Notes: generated by a model from the sequence alone, not told the origin. Shown: positions 1 to 9,391, counted from the stretch's first letter. The stretch: DNA of 64,000 nt from Candidatus Diapherotrites archaeon LH_S9 (GCA_023659865.1 JAGXON010000003.1:11896-75895), one strand, 5' to 3'. Translations and numbers: made by a program.

Positions 1-114
1 TCAGTGTTGAAAGAGAAGATAGGAAAAGAATTAGCTAGTAAGACAGCGACAGGGATAACTGTCGTGTCTCTAGTCTTGTTGCTTGTTAATATGCTACCTT
101 TGTTCTTTAGTTAA
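1..114 (+). CDS. 3' end of a membrane protein (partial, enters from the window edge)
   Basis: Frame 1 is open from base 1 to TAA at 112-114: SVLKEKIGKELASKTATGITVVSLVLLLVNMLPLFFS, with a hydrophobic C-terminal helix. Confidence 0.5.
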   Translation, partial: SVLKEKIGKELASKTATGITVVSLVLLLVNMLPLFFS

Positions 115-132
115 AGAGGAGAAAAGAAGAAG

Positions 133-1218
133 CTACGGTATCTCTTTGATACCTAGGTCGTTTGCCTGTGCTTCTTTTTCTTGGTCTCTTGCTGAGTGGG
201 AGAGGGCTTCGTTGCCTCTGATGTGAGGTGAGTTCACACCAGTGAAGATTCCGATTACTTCTACTCTTCCTTCGTATTCGGGAGCGATTCTCGAGCCCCA
301 GATTACTTGAGCGCTTGGGTCAATGGCTTCTGTTAGCCTTTCACCAATTTCGTTTGCTTCACCAAGCGTTAGGTCAGGGCCTCCTGTTACGTGGATTAGA
401 GCTCCTTGGGCTCCTTTGTAGTCGACGTCTAGCAAGCTGTTTTTCAGGGTGTCTTCTACTGCTTCGTTCACTCTCTTGTGTCCTTTTGATTCACCGACGC
501 TGATTAGTGAAACTCCTCCGGTTCCCATGATTGACCTCACGTCTGCGTAGTCAAGGTTCACGAGAGATGGAACAGTTATTGTTTCAGTTATTCCTTTTAC
601 TGCTCTTGCTATTACTTCGTCGGCTACACTGAACGCCTGTTCGACTGGTAGGTTCGGAACTAGCTCGACTAGCCTGTTGTTGTCAATTATGATCACGGTG
701 TCAGCTACTTTCCGTAGTTCTTCGATTCCTTCTTCTGCTTTGCCTATCCTAGATTTTTCTAGAAGGAATGGGAACGTTACCATTGAGATGACGATTGCGC
801 CTTCTTCTTTAGCTACTTCCGCGACTACTGGGGAAGCTCCGGTTCCTGTTCCTCCTCCCATTCCTGCTGTCAGGAATACGAGGTCTGAGTCCTCTAAACA
901 GGATTGTATTGCTGTCCTGCTTACTTCAGCTGATTTTGCTCCTACTTCAGGGTATCCTCCTGCTCCGAGTCCGTCTGTAACACTTTGTCCAATCAGTAAT
1001 TTTTCTACACTGTCGTGTATGAGTCCTAGGTGTTGCTTATCTGTGTTTAGAGCGATTAGTTCTGCTCCAGAAATTCCTATTCGCGCTAATCTGTTCACTG
1101 AGTTATTTCCTGCACCTCCACATCCGATGACCACGATCTTCGGTCCTTCTTCAGTGGTTTCTTCTTGGAGGTCCATCTCCTCTTCTTTCTCGGTAGCATC
1201 TCGTACAATTGTCTCCAA
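133..1218 (-). CDS. ftsZ: Cell division protein FtsZ (probably archaeal FtsZ2 clade)
   Basis: GCGGAGNN, GGGTGTG tubulin signature and NLDYAD T7 loop; IDNNRL..VPNLP resembles FtsZ2. Likely start is TTG at 1218, behind a GGTGA SD. Confidence 0.97.
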   Translation of the reverse strand: METIVRDATEKEEEMDLQEETTEEGPKIVVIGCGGAGNNSVNRLARIGISGAELIALNTDKQHLGLIHDSVEKLLIGQSVTDGLGAGGYPEVGAKSAEVSRTAIQSCLEDSDLVFLTAGMGGGTGTGASPVVAEVAKEEGAIVISMVTFPFLLEKSRIGKAEEGIEELRKVADTVIIIDNNRLVELVPNLPVEQAFSVADEVIARAVKGITETITVPSLVNLDYADVRSIMGTGGVSLISVGESKGHKRVNEAVEDTLKNSLLDVDYKGAQGALIHVTGGPDLTLGEANEIGERLTEAIDPSAQVIWGSRIAPEYEGRVEVIGIFTGVNSPHIRGNEALSHSARDQEKEAQANDLGIKEIP

Positions 1219-1433
1219 AATTATCACCAATTTAATTTGCTCTTACTATGTATTTATAGGTATGGAAAAAAGGTTTTGGTTAGTTTTCTTAACCGAAATG
1301 AAGCTCTTGTATTATACTTCTAACTTGAGGCAGATCTATTACTGGAAGAAAAAGAATTTCTAGATTAATAAGTTCTCCAACTTTCTTGAAATATCCCGAT
1401 ATGTTTTTATGTGAAGAAGAAGTATTTTTTCCT

Positions 1434-1705
1434 GCGGTGATAGGCTGGGGGGTTGGTAGTCCCCTGTAACCTTCAGTCTACCAAAGAAGGAGCCAAAAAA
1501 CCTAAGAAGAAAGATCAACATTTGCGGCCCCTTCGCTCTGTGTTGATGGCTTGTCCTGATTGGCTTGTCATCCATGTGAACCGAGTCAGGCCTTGGCGGG
1601 AGCAGCTCTAGCGTGTTTGGCAGGCGCTTTCAGGGTTACAGGTTGGAGCAGTGTGAAGGACAAGCTTGCGGGTGCTCTGATCTTTCGACTTAGGTGAATC
1701 ACCGC
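1434..1705 (+). ncRNA. ffs: Archaeal SRP (7S) RNA
   Basis: 5' GCGGTGA pairs with 3' TCACCGC; Alu-domain signature GGCTGGGGGGTTGGTAGTCCCCTGTAACC; helix 8 GAACCGAGTCAGGCCT-TGGC-GGGAGCAGCTC; long helix 5 pairing CCTAAG..AAGATCA with TGATCTT..CTTAGG. Confidence 0.92.
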
Positions 1706-1720
1706 ATTTACGGTGATTTA

Positions 1721-2899
1721 ATGACGCTTGATATACTCATTCACTTGATTCTCTTGCTTGGCCTTGCCAAGATTTTTGGAGAGATTATGGAGAGGCTAGG
1801 TTTGTCTGGTCTTTTAGGTTACGTTCTTGCAGGAGTTATCTGCGGGAGAATGGTTTTCAACATAGTTCCTCCTGGAGAGATCGAGCTTTTTTCCACTCTC
1901 GGAGCTATACTGCTTCTTTTCGTGGTAGGGTTCAAGGAAGGCAACATCGATGAAATGGTTCAGAACAAGGAAAAAATACTCACTATCATGATCACAGGTT
2001 ATGCTGCACCTTTCTTAATCACTATGCTGATCGCTTTCTTTTTTAACATGCCTTTGGCCACTATGCTCTTGTTTGCAGTGGCAGTTTCAGCTACCTCTAT
2101 AGGTACAACGATAAAGACATTGGTTGACTTGGGTAAGATAAACAGTCCGGTCGGCAGAACGCTTTTAGGAGTTACTGTAGTTGATGGAATAGCTGGATTG
2201 ATAATATTTACGGCGGTATTAACTTACATAAGCGTTGGGCAGGCAGGTTACTTTGAGATAATCAAAGTCCTTGGGTCCGTGGTAGCGTTCTTCCTACTGT
2301 TCTTTGGATTGAACAAGATTGCTCCATGGGTCATGAACAAAGCAGAGTATCTTTCGGTGGAGGAAGGGCAATTCACGTTTGCTTTCATATTCATCCTGTT
2401 TTTATCTGTTGTTGCAGAACTGATGGGGCTTCATGGAGTTATAGGAGCGTTTTTGGCAGGGATAATTCTTTCCAGAAGCAGGTTGGTCGAGACGAACTTC
2501 CTGGAAAAGATTTCAGCACTCTCGTACTCTTTGTTCGTCCCGCTGTTCTTCGTTTGGACAGGACTCATACTTGAATTCAACAACTTAGGACTTATTTCGT
2601 TTGCAGTCGTTGGAGGAGTGCTATTGATCCAGTTTCTTGTCTCCACGACAGCAGCTTACGTTACTGGAATGAAAGAGAAGGACAGGCTGATGACTGGAAT
2701 TGGAATGCTTCCAAGAGGGGGAGTTAACCTGGTTATCATCAGCGTTGGCATGAAACTCACAGATTCCGCAGGTAATTACTTGATACCAAGGCAGGTAAGT
2801 CAGTTGATTTTTTCGACCGTCATGCTCTTGATACTGCTCAGCGTGCTTTTAACTCCTACCTTACTTAAGTTCGTGGCAAAAGGATACGTGAAAAAATGA
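1721..2899 (+). CDS. Cation:proton antiporter (CPA2/KefB-like)
   Basis: About 12 TM helices; SATSIGTTIK, VVDG, GAFLAG and GMLPRGGV motifs; ATG at 1721 behind GGTGA. Confidence 0.9.
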   Translation: MTLDILIHLILLLGLAKIFGEIMERLGLSGLLGYVLAGVICGRMVFNIVPPGEIELFSTLGAILLLFVVGFKEGNIDEMVQNKEKILTIMITGYAAPFLITMLIAFFFNMPLATMLLFAVAVSATSIGTTIKTLVDLGKINSPVGRTLLGVTVVDGIAGLIIFTAVLTYISVGQAGYFEIIKVLGSVVAFFLLFFGLNKIAPWVMNKAEYLSVEEGQFTFAFIFILFLSVVAELMGLHGVIGAFLAGIILSRSRLVETNFLEKISALSYSLFVPLFFVWTGLILEFNNLGLISFAVVGGVLLIQFLVSTTAAYVTGMKEKDRLMTGIGMLPRGGVNLVIISVGMKLTDSAGNYLIPRQVSQLIFSTVMLLILLSVLLTPTLLKFVAKGYVKK

Positions 2900-3345
2900 A
2901 CGAAGAAAAACTTGAATGGATAAAGAAGATGAAGGTAAAGGACTTCATGGAAGAAGCCTTGAACACCGTGAGGCCCGAAGAATCTATTGAAAGGGTTCTG
3001 GACATCCTTCAGGAGAAAAAGGTGAAGATACTGTTAGTCACGGACGAAAGAGGGTACTTGAAAGGAAAGATAAAGGAAACGGATTTGATGAAACTGTTCA
3101 TGAGCAAAAAACACATTTCAACAACCAACATATTCGGGACTACTGCAGACTTATCTTACTTCGCTAAAAACGCTAGAGACATGATGAAAAAATACAAGAC
3201 CACTCTCAAGCCAGATAACTCCGTACCGCACGCTGCAAAAAAAATAGTTGATTCTCAAGTTAATTCTTTACCAGTAGTTAGCAAGAATGACCGGCTTGTT
3301 GGAGTGCTTCACGCAGAAGACCTGATAAAGGAGGTAACAAGATGA
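2896..3345 (+). CDS. CBS-domain pair protein
   Basis: VKDFM..TVRPEES and LPVVSKNDRLVGVL; ATGA overlap with the antiporter. Confidence 0.9.
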   Translation: MNEEKLEWIKKMKVKDFMEEALNTVRPEESIERVLDILQEKKVKILLVTDERGYLKGKIKETDLMKLFMSKKHISTTNIFGTTADLSYFAKNARDMMKKYKTTLKPDNSVPHAAKKIVDSQVNSLPVVSKNDRLVGVLHAEDLIKEVTR

Positions 3346-3794
3346 TAACAAAAGTTGCAGAAGAACCAGTTAAAGATATAATGGAAACGGATTTCCCTAC
3401 TCTGAAACCGAAAGACCCTGTTGAAAGAGCTCTTGAACTATTTAAACAAAAAGACATAAGAACAATAGCGGTCGTCAACAAGGAAGAAGAAGTAATAGGA
3501 GAAGTGGACAAGAGAGCGCTACTGAAAATCACCATAAACCCTGAAACCCTATCGGAACAAGAAATAACCAACGACCGACTGCTAGGAATCAGTTTCATGC
3601 CAAAAACCGTTGAAGAAGTCATGGAAAAGCATTTAATAGAACTAAAAACAACGGATACTATTTCGCACGCAGCAAAAGTCATGTACAGAGAGAGTGCGAC
3701 AGTACTCCCAGTGGTTGATAAAAACAAGATAGTGGGAGTCGTTTACGAAGAAGGAATACTTAACAAAGTAAGAGAACAAACAGCAAAAGCATAA
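3342..3794 (+). CDS. CBS-domain pair protein
   Basis: VKDIMETDFPTLKP and LPVVDKNKIVGVV; ATGA overlap with the previous gene. Confidence 0.9.
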   Translation: MITKVAEEPVKDIMETDFPTLKPKDPVERALELFKQKDIRTIAVVNKEEEVIGEVDKRALLKITINPETLSEQEITNDRLLGISFMPKTVEEVMEKHLIELKTTDTISHAAKVMYRESATVLPVVDKNKIVGVVYEEGILNKVREQTAKA

Positions 3795-3798
3795 ACAA

Positions 3799-3880
3799 GC
3801 TGGAGTCGCATAGCGGTATTGCGCTGGCCTGCTAAGCCAGTTGGCGTATGCCTGCGTGGGTTCGAATCCCACCTCCAGCG
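3799..3880 (+). tRNA. tRNA-Ser(GCT)
   Basis: Acceptor GCTGGAG/CTCCAGC+G; anticodon arm CTGGC-CTGCTAA-GCCAG; long variable arm; GGGTTCGAATCCC. Confidence 0.95.
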
Positions 3881-3949
3881 CTCGACCTTTTTACCGTAAT
3901 TTTATGATTCAACCTCACTATTTTATAATTTAACCTCGCTAATTCTATC

Positions 3950-4264
3950 ATGGTTTCTGAGGATGACAACGAGGAAGAGAAAGTAAAGGCATTGTCTCCT
4001 GAAGAAAGGGACAGGATTTACCGGTACAAGTTCGATGTACTACAGCGAGAGAAACGCGAGGAATCGGTCGGGAGCATGAACTTCCCAGGATTCACTCACA
4101 ACGCGATCCAGATACTTAAAGAACAGGTTTTGCCTGAACTGGACAAAGAGTCCGTTAACGTGATAGAAGTAGGCGTAGGAGAAGAAGGAGTAAGTCCTTA
4201 CCAGTTCGCTCACGCTCTAGAAAAAGAAGGAAAAGACTACAACGTCACCGCCACACTCCCATAA
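3950..4264 (+). pseudogene. Truncated orphan with the start of a class I SAM-methyltransferase (CheR-like) fold
   Basis: NVIEVGVGEEGVSPYQFAHAL..YNVTAT resembles MTase beta1-alpha-beta2 but stops at beta2, where it overlaps the 3' end of the convergent gene. Confidence 0.45.
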
Positions 4265-5012
4265 CTCTTTCCTCTATGTTTCCTAATAATCTTTTGCCTA
4301 TGGATGTGGCTGTTTTACCTGTTGGCGATATGCCTTCTTCTTTCTCTAGCCCTTCTGTCAGTTTTTTCAGCTGTCCTCCCTTAAAATGGTCTCGTTCTAT
4401 GTGACCTTTCTTTACTAGTTCGTTCAGGAGGGTTTTTGCTCCTTTTTCGTCTCCTGGGTGCTGTTCTACTTCCGAGCCTCTTCTTTTTTTGTGTAGTATC
4501 AAGCCGCTATTTATTTTGAGCGCAGTGGTCTGAACTAGGTCCTTGATATCTTTTTCTCTAAACACGTTGTTTTCTTTCATTGTTTCCACGAAATCTACAG
4601 CCTTTTCTGCTGCTACTCTACCACCGTCGCTGACAAAGGGAACTTTGCCTGACAGTTCTTCTGACTTTTCTTTTATCAGGTCTGGATGAGTTTTTGACAA
4701 AGTTTTCAGCAATTCCATGTTCTCAATCTGAGCTTCGCGAATTCCAAACCCTAGAATAGCTATAGCTGTGTCTCTCATTTTTCCAGCTTCTTCAGTATTA
4801 AACTCTCCTTCTGATAACATATTTTCAATCGATCTGCGTAATTTTCTTCGGCCTTGAGGTCCTGTTCTTTCCCCATACATGAGATTTCTCGTTCTATCAA
4901 CCAATTCTTCTCTTTCTCCTGGTCCTACTTCGTCAATGTCCTTGAGATCATTAAGATGATTTTTTAGATGATTTTTTAATGGTTCTCTCTCTTCAGCTTC
5001 TTCTTCAGGCAT
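4245..5012 (-). CDS. Charged orphan protein, paralog of 62132..62773
   Basis: Shared blocks LSKTHPDLIKEKSEELSGK / LAKTHPDLIEEKSGELSDK, MKENN..EKD.K..VQ and RDHF..GQL. Confidence 0.85.
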   Translation of the reverse strand: MPEEEAEEREPLKNHLKNHLNDLKDIDEVGPGEREELVDRTRNLMYGERTGPQGRRKLRRSIENMLSEGEFNTEEAGKMRDTAIAILGFGIREAQIENMELLKTLSKTHPDLIKEKSEELSGKVPFVSDGGRVAAEKAVDFVETMKENNVFREKDIKDLVQTTALKINSGLILHKKRRGSEVEQHPGDEKGAKTLLNELVKKGHIERDHFKGGQLKKLTEGLEKEEGISPTGKTATSIGKRLLGNIEERVMGVWR

Positions 5013-5080
5013 ATTTATTTCACCAGTAGTTTATTTTCTTCCAGGCATTTAATTGTTCTGTTTTTTGGGGTAGTGTGATG
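5013..5080 (-). repeat. Copy of the scpA 3' end plus spacer found at about 62774-62843
   Basis: TTTCACCAGTA.TTTATTTT....ATTTAATTGTTCTGTTTTT..GGTAGTGTGATG occurs at both loci; this copy has an extra base relative to scpA. Confidence 0.8.
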
Positions 5081-5084
5081 GAGT

Positions 5085-5245
5085 GTCTTTGAATTGTGTG
5101 GTTTTAAGTGATTTGCTTTTGCTAGTTCGTTCAAAAGGGTTTTTGCTTCTTTTTCTTCTCTTGCTATTGTTTGTGTTGTCGGGTTTTCTTCGGTTATTTT
5201 GTTCGTAGCGGTCTAAACTAGGTTCTTGAAATCTTTTTCTTGTTT
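5085..5245 (-). pseudogene. Third, partial copy of the 4245/62132 family, fused in frame to the end of ORF 5213..6058 and broken by TAG
   Basis: Reads QEKDFKNLV*TATNKITEE..EKEAKTLLNELAKANHL versus REKDIKDLVQTTALKI..EKGAKTLLNELVKKGHI; CAG (Q) in the paralog is TAG here. Confidence 0.8.
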
Positions 5246-6058
5246 GGTTAGTTCAGCTAGTCCAGCTAGTTTTCTTGGGTTTACTTCAACGGGTTGTTTT
5301 TCTCCGTCACGTTCTTTTACGATATAGAACTTCATTTGTATTCCCCCAAGGTTCGTTGGATGGTTCTCTTTTTCTGCCAGTTCTCTTGCTGAACCTGTGA
5401 CCAGCAGAGAACCTTCAGGCATTTTTGAGACCAGTCTGTTGAACGCTTTTTCTTCTTTGTCTTCCGGAAAGAGCTTGAGAACTTCTTTCGCGATAACAAC
5501 ATTTGAATCATTCAAATCCAGTTCAGGAGTGTCCGTTATTACATCGTAAGAAGCCATGATTTTGTCTTTCCCAACCTCCTTTTTTGGATTGTGTTCCTTT
5601 GGAACACTCGGGTTCACACGAAGCAATTCAAGCTTTCCCGGTTCCCTCACTTTATCAACGACATTATTGAGGAATGTTCCGGTAGAGTGCCCTATGTCCA
5701 CTACTTTAACGTTCCCGGCCACGTTTCCGATGGTTTTAGCGAGAGCTTCTTCAGCCTCTTCCGAAGTATAATTTTTGATTTTGCCCGGAAAACGTAGCAA
5801 TATTCCTGCTTTTTCCTTGTTTTCGTCTTTGAACAAGTCATCTAGAGGTACTTCCAGTCTATTAGCTACTCTATGAACATCCAGCTCGTTCCTTCCTTCA
5901 GGCATCCTGGAGTTAGTTTTGTAAAACCCTTTCAACCAGTCTTCCACAACCTTTTTTCTTTCAGGTTCTTCCCCAACGATTCTTGAAACGCTAGGCCTTT
6001 CCTCCAGAAACTTTTCTGTTTCTTCCTCACTTATTTTGTCTTTTTCTTGTTCGTTCAC
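5213..6058 (-). CDS. Orphan with class I SAM-methyltransferase-like domain
   Basis: Acidic N-terminus; VKVVDIGHSTGTFL motif I, YDVIT, VVIAKEVLKLF and MPEGSLLVTG. Confidence 0.55.
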   Translation of the reverse strand: MNEQEKDKISEEETEKFLEERPSVSRIVGEEPERKKVVEDWLKGFYKTNSRMPEGRNELDVHRVANRLEVPLDDLFKDENKEKAGILLRFPGKIKNYTSEEAEEALAKTIGNVAGNVKVVDIGHSTGTFLNNVVDKVREPGKLELLRVNPSVPKEHNPKKEVGKDKIMASYDVITDTPELDLNDSNVVIAKEVLKLFPEDKEEKAFNRLVSKMPEGSLLVTGSARELAEKENHPTNLGGIQMKFYIVKERDGEKQPVEVNPRKLAGLAELTKQEKDFKNLV

Positions 6059-6134
6059 TACAATAACTTTTCTTTTAAAGAAATAAAAGCGTTTTTCCGG
6101 TAAATATAAAAAACTTAGTTCAGTTCACTAAATC

Positions 6135-6356
6135 ATGAAGTTCTACCTGCCCGGCACCAAAAAACACGAAAAAGATTTGATGAACATCTTTTTAGTAGCA
6201 GGTTTAACCGTTCTTGTCGTGGTACTTGCAGTGTTTGCTGCAGGAAAAGCAAGTCTCTTCCTTTTTGCTTGGGCCGTGTTCCTACTATTTGTTTTATTGG
6301 TTTCAATGGAGTCAGTGGTCGTCAGAATATACTTAAGGAACAAGAAAAAAGATTGA
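6135..6356 (+). CDS. Small two-TM membrane protein
   Basis: Two hydrophobic helices and a basic tail; TATA-like ATATAAA upstream. Confidence 0.65.
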   Translation: MKFYLPGTKKHEKDLMNIFLVAGLTVLVVVLAVFAAGKASLFLFAWAVFLLFVLLVSMESVVVRIYLRNKKKD

Positions 6357-6376
6357 AGCTCTTGACCCAGGATCTT

Positions 6377-6661
6377 TCAGTACTTTATCGAGAAAGAACT
6401 GTACCTAGGTTCCTCAACTTCTTTGATGCCGCCCTTGATTTCTTTCACGTTTCTAGGAGAATCAAAATCCTTGATTTTTTGCTTCATCTCCAGCAACTTG
6501 TTTTTGTCCTCGGATTCTGCCATGACTCTAACGGTCCCGTCAGACAAGTTCTTGACATAACCCTTGGCACTGATTTCTCGAGCCACTCTGCGTGTGTTGG
6601 CCCTGCAGAACACTCCTTGAACTCTTCCCTTCAGGATCCATTCAGCTCGGAACAAAGACAT
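6377..6661 (-). CDS. acyP: Acylphosphatase
   Basis: GRVQGVFCR and GYVKNLSDGTV; real start is ATG at 6661 (94 aa). Confidence 0.9.
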   Translation of the reverse strand: MSLFRAEWILKGRVQGVFCRANTRRVAREISAKGYVKNLSDGTVRVMAESEDKNKLLEMKQKIKDFDSPRNVKEIKGGIKEVEEPRYSSFSIKY

Positions 6662-6688
6662 CACCGTTGAAACACTTTGAAAAACAAG

Positions 6689-6700
6689 GTATTTAAATAC
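6689..6700. promoter_or_regulatory. Palindromic TATA element between divergent acyP and eno
   Basis: GTATTTAAATAC is self-complementary and lies about 25-40 nt from both start codons. Confidence 0.5.
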
Positions 6701-6724
6701 TTTGATTGAATTGATTTTAACACC

Positions 6725-7936
6725 ATGACAATGATCAACCACGTTAAAGGAATGAAAGTACTCAACTCCAGAGGAGAATTTACAATAGAAGCAGAAGTAC
6801 AAGCCGGAGACTCAAAAGCAAGAGCTTCAGCACCATCAGGAGCAAGCAGAGGAGAACACGAAGCCAAGACAGTTTCAATAGATAAAGCAACGGAAAACAT
6901 CAAAAAGATAGAGAAAGAACTGGTCGGCAGAGACCCTGAAGACCAAGAAGGAATTGATGAAGCCATGAAAGAGCTCGATGGAACTGAAGACAAGTCCAAC
7001 TTAGGCGGTAACACCATGATCGCGGTCTCCATGGCTAACGCAAGAGTCGCTTCAAGAGTAAAACGAGAACCACTGTACAAGCACTTGAACCAACTGTCAG
7101 GCGGATACAAGCAAGAAACACCAGTACCTTTCCTGAACGTCTTGAACGGAGGACAGCACGCAGGAAACGACCTTGACTTCCAGGAATTTATGATCGTACC
7201 GCAAGCAGAAACCTTTCACGAAGCAATAGACAAAGCAGCTCACACTTACCAAGAACTAAGAGACATAATATACAAAGAACACGGCAGGAACGCCATAAAC
7301 GTCGGAGACGAAGGAGGATTCGCTCCACCGATCAGCACTCCAGAAGAAGCGCTTGAACTCCTCGAAAAAGGAATAGAGAAAGCGGGATACGAAGGAAGAA
7401 TGGACATAGCAGTCGATTCAGCAGCTACATTCTTCTACTCAGACGAAAAATACAGGTTCGGCGACAGAGAAGTCGAGACACCGGACTTCGTGGACTACAT
7501 GAAAAAACTCACAAAAGAACACCCAATAATCAGTTTAGAGGACCCGCTACGCGAAGAAGACTTCGACAGCCACGCCAGACTCACAACAAGAGCAAACGTA
7601 CAAATAGTCGGAGACGACATCTTTGTCACTAACCTCAAAAGACTGAGAGAAGGCATCAAAAGAGGAGCATGCAACGCAATACTCATCAAACCCAATCAAG
7701 TAGGAACAATAACTGAAACCATCGAAACAGTGAAATCAGCGATGAAGAACAAGTACGCGACAATGGTTTCACACAGATCAGGAGACACAGTAGACCCGTT
7801 CATAGCTGATCTAGCGGTCGGCCTAGGATGCGAGCAAATAAAGTCCGGAGCTCCGTGCAGAGGAGAAAGAGTATCCAAATACAATCGACTTCTGCGAATA
7901 GAGGAAAAAGGAATTCCTTACGCAGGAAAAGGGTGA
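6725..7936 (+). CDS. eno: Enolase
   Basis: LNSRG, PSGASRGEHEA, GDEGGFAP, LIKPNQVGT, SHRSGDT and QIKSGAPCRGER. Confidence 0.98.
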   Translation: MTMINHVKGMKVLNSRGEFTIEAEVQAGDSKARASAPSGASRGEHEAKTVSIDKATENIKKIEKELVGRDPEDQEGIDEAMKELDGTEDKSNLGGNTMIAVSMANARVASRVKREPLYKHLNQLSGGYKQETPVPFLNVLNGGQHAGNDLDFQEFMIVPQAETFHEAIDKAAHTYQELRDIIYKEHGRNAINVGDEGGFAPPISTPEEALELLEKGIEKAGYEGRMDIAVDSAATFFYSDEKYRFGDREVETPDFVDYMKKLTKEHPIISLEDPLREEDFDSHARLTTRANVQIVGDDIFVTNLKRLREGIKRGACNAILIKPNQVGTITETIETVKSAMKNKYATMVSHRSGDTVDPFIADLAVGLGCEQIKSGAPCRGERVSKYNRLLRIEEKGIPYAGKG

Positions 7937-7940
7937 ACGA

Positions 7941-9347
7941 ATGGCCTTTGGCTTGATAGTTCTGGACGGCTGGGGATACTCAGAAAAAACTGAAGGCAAT
8001 GCAGTAAAACAAGCTAAAACACCGAACTTTGACTCTTTATGGAAAAATAACTCTCATACCCTGCTTAAAGCGCACGGAAGAGCCGTTGGACTTCCTGAAG
8101 GATACATGGGCGGATCCGAAGTAGGTCATATTCACTTAGGTGCAGGCAGAAGAGTTGAACAAGAGTTCACTCGCATAAACGATTCGATAGATGACGGTAC
8201 TTTCTTTGAGAACGATGAGCTGAAGAAAGCTTTCAATCGAAAAAGAGTTCACTTGATGGGATTGACGTCCGACGCAGGAGTTCACTCTCACGTGAAGCAC
8301 TTGAAGGCCTTGATCGAGATGGGAGAAAGGCAGGGCTGCAAAACGTTCGTTCACGCTTTCACTGACGGTAGAGACACTCCGCCAAAGTACGCAGAAAATT
8401 ACCTGAAGGACTTGGAAGCGGATAGCGTTACCGGCAGGTACTTCGCGATGGATAGGGACGAGAACTGGAAGAGAACAAGAAAAACTTTCCGAATGCTTAC
8501 CGAGGGCAAGGGACACAAAGCTGAAACGGACTTAGAAGCGTTAAAAAAAGCTTACGAGCGCGGAGAAACCGATGAATTCGTTGAACCAACTCTCGTGAAC
8601 GAAGAAGCCATGATTAAACCAGAAGACGCTATAATTTTCTTCAACTTTCGCGCTGATCGAGCCAGGCAACTTACCCAGCTTTTCTTGAAGAAAGGCTTCC
8701 ATATCTTTACTTTAACTCAGTACGACGACGATTTTGATGCTCCAGTAGCTTTTCCTCCGCACTTCCTGAAGAATACGTTAGGAGAATGGCTCAGTAAAAA
8801 AGGATTAACTCAGTTTAGGACGGCCGAAACCCAGAAATACGCTCACGTCACGTTTTTCTTCAACGGAAGAAGAGAAAAACCGTTCAAGAAAGAGGAAAGA
8901 CTTATCGTTCCTTCGCCAAAAGTCCCTACGTACGACCTGCAGCCGGGGATGAATGCAGACAAAGTTACAAAGCACTTGATTGAGAAAGCAAAGCAACACG
9001 ATTTCGTGCTCGTGAATTACGCTAACCCTGACATGGTCGGTCACACTGGAAAGATGAAGGCGGCAATAAAAGCAGTTGAAGCGGTCGACAAACAGCTCGA
9101 GAAAATCATACCGTTGTTCGATCAGTGCATAATCCTTGCAGATCACGGTAATGCAGAGAGAATGAAACTAGATGACGGTTCTCCTTGTACAGCTCATTCA
9201 ACTAATCCTGTTCCATGCATGATTGTTTCCGACGAAGATCACGAGCTTAAAGAAGGAGGTTCTTTGTTTAACGTGGCCTCTACCGTGCTTGAACTCATGG
9301 GTTTGAAGAAGCCTCCGGAAATGACTGACAGCGTACTTTCGAACTAG
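7941..9347 (+). CDS. gpmI: 2,3-bisphosphoglycerate-independent phosphoglycerate mutase (bacterial-type iPGM)
   Basis: LDGWG, GGSEVGH, DGRD, GRYFAMDRD, AETQKYAHVTFF, NPDMVGHTG, ADHGNAE and TAHS. Confidence 0.97.
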   Translation: MAFGLIVLDGWGYSEKTEGNAVKQAKTPNFDSLWKNNSHTLLKAHGRAVGLPEGYMGGSEVGHIHLGAGRRVEQEFTRINDSIDDGTFFENDELKKAFNRKRVHLMGLTSDAGVHSHVKHLKALIEMGERQGCKTFVHAFTDGRDTPPKYAENYLKDLEADSVTGRYFAMDRDENWKRTRKTFRMLTEGKGHKAETDLEALKKAYERGETDEFVEPTLVNEEAMIKPEDAIIFFNFRADRARQLTQLFLKKGFHIFTLTQYDDDFDAPVAFPPHFLKNTLGEWLSKKGLTQFRTAETQKYAHVTFFFNGRREKPFKKEERLIVPSPKVPTYDLQPGMNADKVTKHLIEKAKQHDFVLVNYANPDMVGHTGKMKAAIKAVEAVDKQLEKIIPLFDQCIILADHGNAERMKLDDGSPCTAHSTNPVPCMIVSDEDHELKEGGSLFNVASTVLELMGLKKPPEMTDSVLSN

Positions 9348-9391
9348 AAAAAAACAATCTTTTTATTTCAGTGCTTGTTTAATGGTTTTTG

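Noticed and set aside
1360-1575. 71-aa minus-strand ORF
   Set aside because: It is antisense to the SRP RNA and has no protein features
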